The notes beneath the pieces are model-generated. The model had not been told where the DNA came from and made no database searches. It saw only the letters and a program-made list of their open reading frames with translations. A DNA stretch of 64,000 bases from a virus: IMG/VR virus record IMGVR_UViG_3300029705_000062, one strand, 5' to 3'. Made by a program: the position numbers and the translations under genes. Positions 30,301 to 40,954 of the stretch are shown here, one piece after another (the first letter of the stretch is position 1; the number at the start of each line of letters is the position of its first letter).

Positions 30301-32151
30301 CTTAATAAGATAGCAAAAGAACGAGAAAAAATTGCTAAGTTAGTTGAGAAGGAACAGTCTTCTGTTGTTGATGTATATGAAAAATATGCCAAACTTGTTT
30401 CTCAAGCAGAAAAGCAATATCTAACTGCGGTTATTAATGATGATAATACTACTGCACAAGCTATAGAAAAAGTTATTGATAGATATCAAAAGTTAAAAGC
30501 TGATATTTTAAATCAAATAAATGATAAAGGTTTAGATACTTTATTTAAAGATAGACTTAGTAGTATAGACAAAGATATATCTCTTGATTTTAATATTCAT
30601 GCAGGTAAGTTATCTGACAAGGTAGCTAAAAATCAACTTAAAGAAGATGCAAAAGCATTGAAAGAATTTGTTGATGAGTATGATAGATTATATAAGAGTA
30701 TAACTGATGAAAAAATTAAGATAGCAAATTACAACCAAAAAGGTGAAACTGTAAATGCTCAGGCTCACACTTCTAATTTAAATAGACTTGAAAAAGAACT
30801 AAAAGCTCATAATAAAACTATCGAAGCCTTAAAGTACAAAGAAAAGGCTTTAAAAGAAGTTGCCAATATTGAAAAGCACTATGGCAATACCTTAGAATTA
30901 GGCATGGCAGGTGTTGGTCAAAAAATACAAACTTCTACTTATAAGGAGTTTAATAAACTTCAAAATGAGTTGGTATCTAAGTATAAGGATTTATACAATG
31001 AACAGTTAAGATTTGAAAAGGCTATATCTAAAGCTGTTGATACTTCTGAGTATAATAAATTAAATTCAGATTTAGAAAAAGTAAAAGATAAACTTAAAGA
31101 AATTAGAAGTCAAATAAAAAGCCAAGATCATATAGATAATATAGAATTATTTGAGGAAGGTAAGGTAACTGCTCAAAGTAGAGAGGTTACACAGTCTATA
31201 AGTAAGATAAGAAGTGAAGCAGAAAAACTTTTAGCTTCAACAAAGGAACTAAGAAATAGTGAGTTTGTAGATAAAGCTTCTTTATCTCTTGTTGAAAATT
31301 ACTTTACAAAATTATCTACAACAAGTCTTGATGGAACAATAAGTGATGTTAGGCAATTAAATACTCAATTAGCTCAAGCAAAAGATTTACTATCTCATTT
31401 GGAAAAAGGAATAGATAATAGAATTTTCCAATCTAATAAACAAATAGAGATGGGTAAAATTAATGACTCTATTGCTAAGTTTAAGAATGATTTTAGTGGT
31501 GTTTTAGATAGAGCATCTTTTGAAGCAATAGAATCTTCTGCAAGAAGATTAGCTAGTGTAATGGATAAAGATTCCTTTAGTCAAGGTGCTAAAGAATTAA
31601 CAGCTCAGTTAAAACAAGCTAGAAACCAAATGGATGGTTTGGTTAGATCAAGTAATAAGTATAATTTCTTTGAAGATTTATACACTAATATGAGAACATA
31701 TCAATTAGGTGATTTAATTTTTGATGGAGTGCAAAATGCTTTATATAGTGTTAAGCAGATAGTAATAGATTTAGATTCTGCTATGGCAAACATTAGAAAA
31801 GTTGCTGACCCTATCGATATCAATACAATTGATAAGTTAGATGAAATAAAATCTAAGGCTATACAAGTTTCTAAAGAAGTTGGTATGGCAAGTTCAGATG
31901 TTATAAATTCCATAGCTGATACTATCCAATCAGGTGGGTATCGTATGGAAGAAGCAATAGAAATTGCAAAGCAGACTATGATGTTAGCAAATGTTGGTGA
32001 GATGACTGCTGATAGTGCAACAAAAGGTGTTGTATCTATGTTAGCAGGATTTAACTTAAGTCCACTAAGAGAAATGCAAGTAGAAGTAAATGGCATGACT
32101 CAAAAGACAAATGAACTGACAAATGCAATGGATATGGTCAACCATGTGGGT
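27370..32151 (+). CDS. Tape measure protein, exon 1 (about 1594 aa, coiled-coil rich)
   Basis: Start chosen at the ATG after the GAAGGGGGAG RBS (the ORF is open from 27328). Ends ...AMDMVNHVG just before the conserved TMP core. Confidence 0.75.
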
Positions 32152-32517
32152 TAATTTATAGCTCCTGCATATAGTGATATATGCTGAAAATTTCTTGAAT
32201 TGCTAAAAAATCCTTAGAGATTGTTAAACTACAACATGACTGGAAACGGTGAGTGTGAATGTTTTAAAAATTAACAATATTGGACAATTAGCAGGGAAGA
32301 TTCTAAATTATAATAATTTTAATAAAAATGCATATAATAAAATTGTAACAAGAATAACCTTCAACGACTATTGCAGACATGCAAGTACATCACAAGCTAT
32401 GGGTGATGGAAGTGGGAAACATCCCTAGTGGATGAAGATATAGTCTACTCTATATGGAAACATATAGCAGTTCATAGGAGAACGGTGTATGTGTAGCGAA
32501 CATATATGAATAAAAGG
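32152..32517 (+). mobile_element. Group I-like intron 1 in the tape-measure gene (about 366 nt, no ORF)
   Basis: Contains AAGATATAGTC (32435-32445), identical to the classical group I J8/7-P7 element. An in-frame stop at 32494-32496 forces the 3' splice site to 32498-32517. The exact junction is ambiguous (G32508 or G32517). Confidence 0.55.
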
Positions 32518-32672
32518 AATAACTTTGCAATTTCAACAGAAGGTATTATAAATGCAATGCAAAGTGGGGGTACTGTTTTACATTCATATGGAATAGATAT
32601 GGAAAAAACAATTGCTCTTATCACTGGTGCAAATAAGACCTTACAAGACCCTAGTGTTACTGGGAATGGGCT
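32518..32672 (+). CDS. Tape measure protein, exon 2 (conserved TMP core, about 52 aa)
   Basis: NNFAISTEGIINAMQSGGTVLHSYGIDMEKTIALITGANKTLQDPSVTGNGL matches the conserved TP901-type tape-measure core pattern (from memory). Confidence 0.7.
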
Positions 32673-33968
32673 AAGATTTTGGCGTTCTATGTAGAAATAT
32701 ATAGAAAGATAAGAGGGCAAAATCGGTCATAGTTATTGTGAAATAACTGGTAAGAAAGTTTAAATCTTGGTATAAAAAATAAAAAATAGTAATATAATTA
32801 CATAGGAGGTGTATCTGAATATGGCGAGAAGATTCTCATATGAAGAAGTTAAAACCTATGTACAATCAAAGGGAGTTGAGTTAGTAAGCACAGAATATAT
32901 AAATGGGAAAATTCCATTAAATTTTATATGTAAATGCGGAAAACCATTTAAAAGAAATTTAAAAAATTTTAAATACAATAATCTGTGTTTAAGGTGCGGT
33001 AGTAATTCTCTTTCTTATGAAGAGGTTAAAGAATACATTGAGTCAAAAGGGTGTAAATTAATAAGTGAAGAGTATGTAAACAATGAAACTGAATTGGAGG
33101 TTAAATGCCCCTGTTCAAAAACTTACTTTGTAATGTTTAGGGATTTTAAATCTAAAAAAAGATATAAGTGTCCTACATGCAATAAAAGACCAAACTACAC
33201 ATATGAAGAGGTTAAACTTTTTGTGGAAGGTAAAGGATGTAAATTAATCAGTAAAACTTACATTAATAATGCCACTAAATTAGATATTGTATGTAAATGT
33301 GGAGAGCCATTTAAAAGAAGGTTTAATAGTTTTAAAGACTCTCAACAATATTTTTGTTTAAAGTGTAGTAAAACTTCAAAAGGTGAGTTAAAAATAAAGG
33401 AAATATTAACTAACTATAAAATTAACTTTATACACCAATATAAGTTTGATGATTGTAAATTTAAACATCCTCTTGTTTTTGATTTTTACTTACCTGAATA
33501 TAATATATTAATAGAATATGACGGAAGACAACATTTTGAAATAGTTAAAGCATTTGGAGGGTTAGATGAATTTATTAATATTAAAATAAGGGATACTATA
33601 AAAAATGAGTATTGTAAAAATAATAATATAAAACTAATAAGAATACCTTACTGGGAATTTAAAAACCTAAAAAAACATTTAACTAAAATATTAAATGAAA
33701 ATATCAAGATAAAATAACACCGAGGTAAGTCAAAGAAGTAAAGAACTTTGACCACCGTAACGCATAGGATTTGAAACTATGCTTTTTTTTATGAAAAAAG
33801 TATAGAATATAATAATCCCAAGAGTGTCCTCCACCTGACCATTAAGTTGAAGGTGAAAATGTATGCTAAACAGGGTATGAAAAGACATACCGATAACTTT
33901 AGTAAAATAAAGAAATGAGGGAAACCTCCTGAGCCTAAGATAAAAAGCTTAGGGATAATAACAATTTG
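32673..33968 (+). mobile_element. Group I-like intron 2 in the tape-measure gene (1296 nt) carrying a Vsr-like endonuclease gene
   Basis: The exon ends in T32672 and the intron ends in G33968. Junction codon CT|A gives GNGL-KSIAINMAGIK. Cores AGAGGGCAAAATCGG, TAACACCGAGGTAA, TAGAATATAAT and a 39-nt block match terL intron 1. Confidence 0.7.
32821..33717 (+). CDS. Intron-encoded endonuclease: three zinc-ribbon DNA-binding repeats plus a C-terminal Vsr/PD-(D/E)XK-like nuclease domain
   Basis: Three roughly 55-aa repeats (SYEEVK.Y.ESKG..L.S..Y.N....L...C.CG..F.....F). C-terminal FDFYLPEYNILIEYDGRQHF...IRIPYWE is typical of Vsr-like/DUF559-type nucleases. TAGGAGGTG RBS. Confidence 0.7.
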   Translation: MARRFSYEEVKTYVQSKGVELVSTEYINGKIPLNFICKCGKPFKRNLKNFKYNNLCLRCGSNSLSYEEVKEYIESKGCKLISEEYVNNETELEVKCPCSKTYFVMFRDFKSKKRYKCPTCNKRPNYTYEEVKLFVEGKGCKLISKTYINNATKLDIVCKCGEPFKRRFNSFKDSQQYFCLKCSKTSKGELKIKEILTNYKINFIHQYKFDDCKFKHPLVFDFYLPEYNILIEYDGRQHFEIVKAFGGLDEFINIKIRDTIKNEYCKNNNIKLIRIPYWEFKNLKKHLTKILNENIKIK

Positions 33969-36900
33969 AAAATCTATTGCCATTAATATGGCAGGTATAA
34001 AAGCTGATGCTTATACAGGCGAACTAGCTTTAAATAAAACAGCTCTTGCTCTTAAAGAAATAGCAAATATAGATGTCTACTCTGATAAGAAAAAGGGTGA
34101 GATAAAAGATATGGTTTCTATCCTTGACGAACTGTATGAACGTTGGGGAGATTTTACGGAAGAGGAACAGCTTGGACTAGCTGAAAGTATAGCGGGTAAG
34201 CAACAGTCCAAAGTTTTCCAATCTTTAATGACAAACTACAAAGATGTTTTATCTGTTAGAGAGCAATTATCTAATCAGGAACATTTTGGTAGTGCAGAAA
34301 GAGAGAATACTCAATACTTAGATAGTATCAGTGGTAAACTAAATGAGCTTAAGCAAACATGGATTTCTATATTAGATACATTTGCAAATTCAGATAGTAT
34401 AAAGAGTGCATTAGATGTGCTAATATCTGTATCTGAAGGTGTGGAAACAGTTGTAAAAGCTTTGGATGATGCAGGAATATTATTACAAGCTACTTTCACA
34501 GCATTTACATCAGGTGGAAGTCTACTTAAGAATCTAGCAGGATTTGGTGAAAGTTCTTATCAAATAAGACAAGTTGGAAATTCATTACAGCTTGTTGCAA
34601 CTCAAGCTAGTGCAGGAAATATACCACTAAAGCAAATGTTTAGTGGATTTACTAAGGGAACTACAGTAACTCAAAAACTTGGTAATGGATTAAAAACACT
34701 TGGTAAGTCTATGACTGCAAATTTAATACCAAGTTTTAAAGGTATGCTTTCAGCAGGATTAAAAGGCATGGCTGTGTCAGCAGTGATTACAGGTATTGGA
34801 TATGCACTTGATAAAACTGTAAATAAGTATAAGAATTTAGATAAGGAGTTACAGGCTCAAGCTGATACTACAGCTTCGCAACTAGAAGGATATAAAAAGC
34901 AAAAAAGTAGTTTAGAAGCTTTAGCAGATCAGTATGATACATTAGCTAAAAAATCTAATAAAACTGCTGAGGAACTTGCAACATTTAATGAATTAAAACA
35001 TCAAATTGCAGATTTATCTCCTGATTTGGTAATAGGTTATGACAGTGAGAATAATCCTATACTAAACTTAAATGGTAGCTTAGAAACATATATATCAAAC
35101 TTAGATGATGCCATTACTAGACAAAGAACTTTACTAGCAGGAGATAGTATGGCAGTTGGTAAAAATGCACTTGATAGTTTAAGTAGCACTTTAAACTTTA
35201 ACTTAACTCCTGATTTTAAATTAGATGATAGTGCTTTAAAAGAACAAGATGAAGCTATAGGTACTGCTAGGGAAAATTTAGTTAAAAAGCTTAATAAAAT
35301 AAATGAAGGACTTAACTTCAAAAGCCTTGAAGGAGAGTTAAAAAGTTATGCTCAACAAAATGACAAATACAATGAGCAGATAGTAAAGAGCTATCAAAAA
35401 GTTCAGGAAGCTCATGCTAAGATAACTGAACAAACATCAAAAGCAAAACAAGGTATAAATGCTCAATTAATGGACACTTCTGAAATGAAGAAAGCAGGGG
35501 AAGAAGTTCAAAAACTTGGAGCAAAAATGATTTCTGCTTTTGACTGGTCAGAGGTGGATTCAAATAGAGTTGACCAAATGGTTTACAATATGTCTAAAAA
35601 TCTTACTTCAGGGGAGTTTGATACAGCACTACAAAAAGTTGCGGAACTTAGACAAGAGCTTGAAGAAACTTATGATGTTGAAAAGTATGAATCACAAATA
35701 GATAAGTTCGTACCTCAAGTAGCAGATTTCTTAGGTGTATCAGAAGACATGGCTAGGTCTATGTTAAAAGTTCCTGAGATAATGAAGAGTTCAGAAGATG
35801 CTTTAGATCAGTTCCTTAGAACTATGGGTAAAACTAAAAAGTCTTTAAACTTTGATGTTGAAGCTCAAAATTTAGCGGAACAGTTCTATGCTGTTAATGA
35901 TGCAATATATCAATTAGCAGATACCTCAAATCTTGTAACAATAGATAATAAAATACAATTAAATCCTGAACTTGTTTTAAACACACTAAATAATGAATCT
36001 ATTCCTGAGCAAATAAGGAAATTATTAGGAGAGTTTAATAAAGACGGAGTTGTTGATGTTGGCGAAGTAGAACTTATGCTAGATGTTATGACAGCATTTA
36101 AATTAGGGGACACTCACCAGTCAAAAGAAATATTGGCACAAGTTCAAGAGGAGTTAGATAAAACATTAGGTGAAGGTGTAATAAATGTAAAAGACCTTAA
36201 ATTTGATGTTAATGGAAAAGTTGAAAATGTCAATATAGATAGCAAGGAACTTGAAGAAAAATTATCTGTACTTGGTGATAAGAAAGAATTAAAAACTCTT
36301 TTCACAACTGAGGTTATAGGATTAGATAGACTAGAATATTATACAGAAATTGTAAATAAGCTTCCTGCTGATTCTGAACATACAGAGAAATTTATAGTTG
36401 ATAATCAACAGGCTATATCTGAATTAAATAACTATAAAGAAGTAAAGGAATGGATAATAGCTCATCCTGAAGTTATTTCTAAATATAGATTAAATGTAGA
36501 AAAAGACCCTGAACTTAAAACTGCCTTAGAAGAATTTGAAAAGAACAACGGTAAAACAAGTGAAATTAAGGCTAAAGTAACAGAAGAAGGGGCAGATGAA
36601 ACTAACCAAAAACTTGAGGAAACAAAGAATAAAGCTGATGAGCTAGATAATAAAGATATTAACTTAACAGTTAATAATGGAGAATTACAAGGCTCAGTAG
36701 AAGATTTTAATAAACTTATAGAATACTCATCTAAATTAAAAGATGGTGAATATAAGTTATCTTTTACCTCTGACACTGGTGAATCTATAAACCAAATAAA
36801 TAATCTTAAAAATGCTATAAATGACCTTTCAGGTGCATTTAGTTCTTTACCTAGTGTAACAGTAAAAATTGAAACAGCACTTGCTAGTCAGAATATAACA

Positions 36901-39900
36901 GGATTAAGAAATAATATAGAAAGTTTTAAAACTTTAGCAGGTGGATTACAAACATTAGTATTTAAGACTGATACTGCACTTGCTAGTAAGAATGTTACAG
37001 GATTAAGAAATAATGTAGATAGTTACATTAAACAAAGAGCAGGGAAATCTTATTCTACAAGATTTAACACTGAGACAGCCTTAGCTAGTAAAAATGTTAC
37101 TGGTTTAGCAAATAAGGTTTCTAGTTATGTAAGAAGCTATGGTAATAGAACTATTAAGACTACTTTTAGTGTGGTAACAAAATATTCTACACAGGGAACT
37201 CCTACAACTCAAAGCAAAGGAGCAAAAGTTACTGGAAGAGCTATTCCTACATATGTTCCTGAATCATATGAAGTGGCACAGGTAAATGCTTCTCCTTTAA
37301 GTGAGTTTGCCAATCAAGTTCAAAGTGATACTGTAGCAATACAACGTATGGCAAGAACTGGTCAGGGAGTTTCAGAAGCTGTATCATCATATAGTTCTTC
37401 TATGGCTAGTATATCATCAAGAGCATTAACAAAAGCATTAGATAGTAATAAAGTTATTGATATGCTAAATCTTGATGTTGATCCTTTTAAAGATTTAGAA
37501 GATGTTTTAGAAAGAATTTCCAGTGAGTTAGATTTACTTAGTAAAAAAGCTGACTTAGCTTTTGGAAATGAAAAAATAACATATCTTAAAAGACAAGTAG
37601 AACTTCTTAAACAACAACAGCAAATCCAAAATAAACTAAGTAAAGATTATGCAACTCAACAAAATGAGTTAAAGTATTACTTAGGAAAAAAAGGATTTAC
37701 CTTTAACAGTCAAGGTGATGTAACTAATCAAGTTGATAAGTTATATCAAATGGAAAAATACGTTAAACAGCTTGAAGATAAAGTTAATGCACAGGGAGAT
37801 AAGAAAAATGAAGCTTTATCTAAGCAGTATGAAAGTGCTAGAGATGAATTAGAAAAAACTAAGGAAGTCTTAGAAGAGTATGTTAATAATAATTCTAAGG
37901 GTGTTACTGGTGCTACTAAGGAATGGTACGAACTTCAACAACAAATAAATGAAGCTCGTATGGAGATAATTCAAGCAACTATAGATGCTAAGAATTTTAA
38001 GTTTGAGATAGGTGCTAAAAAGTTTGAAGCAGAAGTTGATAAATTATCTAATGCAATTAACTTAATAGATAAACAGATTGAATATGCTTTTGGAGATGAA
38101 AAAGATAAGTTATTCAAGAAGAAGATAGAGTTATTAAAGAAACAGCAAAAAGAAGTTCATAATTTAGCTAACCAATATAGGGAACAGGCTAAAAGTATAG
38201 GGCAATTTTTAAATCAACAAGGTTTTATAATTAATTCCAGTGATGGAAGTATAGGTAATATAGAACACCTAGAGAGCTTTAAAAACAGTGGAATATATGA
38301 AGAAATAACTGAACAACTAGAGAAGTATATAGAATTAACTCAAAGTAAAATACCTGACCTTCAAGAAGAATGGTGGGAACTAAGAGAAGCAATAGATGAA
38401 GCTAGAATTGCTACTTTAGAAGCAAAAGATGAAATGTCTGATTTAGTATTAGAAATAAATATTTCTAAACTAGATACTGCTCTTAAAAAGATAAAGACTG
38501 AAATCAATAGACTAGAAAGAGAAATTGATAAAGCCTTTGGTAGCAAGAAAGAAGGTTTATTAAATGATAAGATAGATAAGTTAAAAGAAGAGCAAGATAA
38601 ACTTCATCAAATGGCAAATGAATATAGACAGCAAAGGCAAGAAATAGCTAACTTCTTAAATTCAAAAGGGTTTATAATTCATCCTGATGGCTCAATAGGA
38701 AATCCTGAATTTATCCTTAGCTTTAAAGAAGACCCTGCTCTAATGGAGTATTTACAAGGTCTTATAGATAAACATACTAGCTTAGGTGATAAAATAGCTG
38801 ACCTTGGAGAAGATTGGTGGAGTGTTCAAGATTCCATAGAAGATACAAAAGATGCTATAGAAGAAGCTAGAAAAGAATTAGAAAAATTCTTAAATGAAGC
38901 GAAAATTGAAGCACTGCTTGACCAGTTTAATGACCTTGCTCATAAACTTGATTTAATAGATAAAAAACTTAAACATGCAACTGGCAAGGATAAGTTAGAT
39001 TTATTAAGTCAAAAACTTGAGTTAATAAAAGAACAACAAATAGAATTACAAAAACATTGGGAGTTCTTTACTAATAAAAAGAATACTCTTCAAATGGAGT
39101 TAGGTCAACTAGGATTTACATTTGATGCAGATGGAGATATTACAAATTATGTAGAACAACTTGAAAGTATAGCTAACTCATCTGATGATTTTGAGGAAGT
39201 TAAAGATAAGTTAGAAGAATACTTTGATATTCAAAATGATAGATTACCTAGTATTGAAAGTGATTGGCTAGACCTTGAGAATACATATAAAGATGTCTTA
39301 AAAGAACAGCTTAATACAACTAAGGAAATTGAAGATAAAATTACTGAAATGTATAAAAAGCAAGTTGAAGACAGAATAGATGCAATGAACAAGGAAACTG
39401 ATGCCAAGATAAAAGCTCTTAAAAAGCAACAGGATGCCTATAATAAATATCGTGAAGAAACTGATTACAAAAATGAGTATGAAGATAAATTATTAGAAAT
39501 AAATGATATACAAAGGCAACTTGATATAGCAATGAAAGATACTTCTTTGGCAGGGCAAAAGAAAGTTAAGGAGCTACAAAAGCTATTAGCTGATGCTCAA
39601 AAGGAGTTAGATAAATTCACTCAAAATAAAATTGATAGTGATATCAATGATATGTTTGATAAAGAGAGTGAAAGAATAGAAGAAGAAAATGATAAGGCTA
39701 TAGAAGAGCTTGAGAAAGAATGGTCAGATAGTAAGATAGCTGAAATGGTTGCACAAGCATTACAAACTGGTATATTTACAGGAATAGATGGAAGTGTACA
39801 AGACCTTCAAGATGCTATGTTACAATTTGCCAATGATACTGGTGAATTGTTTGGAGTTATGGGAACTGTTATAAAATCCGAGTTAATAACTAACTTAGAT

Positions 39901-40188
39901 ATAGCAAAAAATACAGTTAAAGAACTTAACAAGATAATTAAAGAATTAGACTTGGAACAATTTGCGGTACTATCAGGTGCTTCAAGTTTTAGTAGAACTA
40001 TTTCAGGAGTAAGTATGGAAAGTTATACAAAGCCTATTCAAAATAATTATAGTCCTGAAATAAGATTTGATTCTCCATTAATTCATATAGAAGGAAATGT
40101 TGATAATGATGTATTAATGACTCTTGAAAGCTACGGAGAAAAATTAACTAAAGATATAATAAATCAAATTGCAGGAGCAATAAGATAA
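33969..40188 (+). CDS. Tape measure protein, exon 3 (about 2073 aa)
   Basis: The frame is open from 33970 (KSIAINMAGIK...), upstream of tracked ATG 33988. Hydrophobic segment near aa 250, then long coiled-coil repeats. Confidence 0.75.
36871..37140 (+). repeat. Three tandem 33-aa repeats (ETALASKNVTGLRNNV.S) inside the tape-measure gene
   Basis: ETALASQNITGLRNNIESF / DTALASKNVTGLRNNVDSY / ETALASKNVTGLANKVSSY. Confidence 0.8.
37500..39250 (+). repeat. Four tandem modules of about 140 aa inside the tape-measure gene
   Basis: Each module has L(D/I)L(L/I)(S/D)K..(A/E/K).AFG.(E/K)K......(I/V)ELLK.QQ ... N..GF(T/I)(F/I).....G.I.N plus WWEL/WWSV/WLDL. Confidence 0.75.
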
Positions 40189-40194
40189 TAAAAA

Positions 40195-40221
40195 TAAGGA
40201 GTAGGTTTCCCTACTCCTTTT
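40195..40221 (+). terminator. Terminator-like hairpin after the tape-measure gene
   Basis: AGGAGTAGG TTT CCCTACTCCT followed by TTTTT. Confidence 0.6.
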
Positions 40222-40240
40222 TAATATAGGGGGTGGTACA

Positions 40241-40954
40241 ATGATTTTTTATTCAGATAAGTTTTACTATAATGGCTTATATTCACAAGACTTAGGAGTT
40301 CTTTTAGTATCTGAAAGTACAGATGTATTAAATGAATACGGTATTTCTTATATGAGTGGAGAAGAAAGTGAAATAGTCCTTAGCTTTTGTTATGTAGATA
40401 GTGTAGATCAACCACTGCCTTGGAATAATGAGAAATTAGAAAGTATTTTAGGGTGGCTTATGGCTGATGAATACTTAGAGTTTATAAGTGAAGATAATAA
40501 GGATATAGTATATTTCTTAAAAGGTATAGGATATAAAAAAAGATTTACTCCTGATATGAAAGGTCTTATAGATGTTACATTTAAAGCTTTAAGTGGTTAT
40601 GGATATAGAAACTATGTTAAAAAAATTGAAAAGCCAGTTGGTGAGTTTGTTTTATTAAATAATAGTAATATAAATAAGCCTTGTAAACCTATTATAGAGT
40701 TAAGTAATATATCTAGTGAAACAATTCAAATAACAAACTTAACTACCCAAAAAGCTCCTTTTGTAATTAACACTCAGTCTAGTAAATCAATTGTTATAGA
40801 CAATGAAACAGGAGTTATCACTAATGATAATAATGAAAATTTAATAATGAGTAGCAATAGGAAATGGATAGAACTTATAAAAGGTGATAATACAATGCTA
40901 GTAGAAGGTGACTGTGATATTACCTTTAAAGTCCATTGTCCAATTATGGTGTAA
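40241..40954 (+). CDS. Distal tail protein (Dit-like)
   Basis: First gene after the TMP. The N-terminus F.YNG.YS.DLGV is typical of the siphovirus tail family. Confidence 0.6.
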   Translation: MIFYSDKFYYNGLYSQDLGVLLVSESTDVLNEYGISYMSGEESEIVLSFCYVDSVDQPLPWNNEKLESILGWLMADEYLEFISEDNKDIVYFLKGIGYKKRFTPDMKGLIDVTFKALSGYGYRNYVKKIEKPVGEFVLLNNSNINKPCKPIIELSNISSETIQITNLTTQKAPFVINTQSSKSIVIDNETGVITNDNNENLIMSSNRKWIELIKGDNTMLVEGDCDITFKVHCPIMV

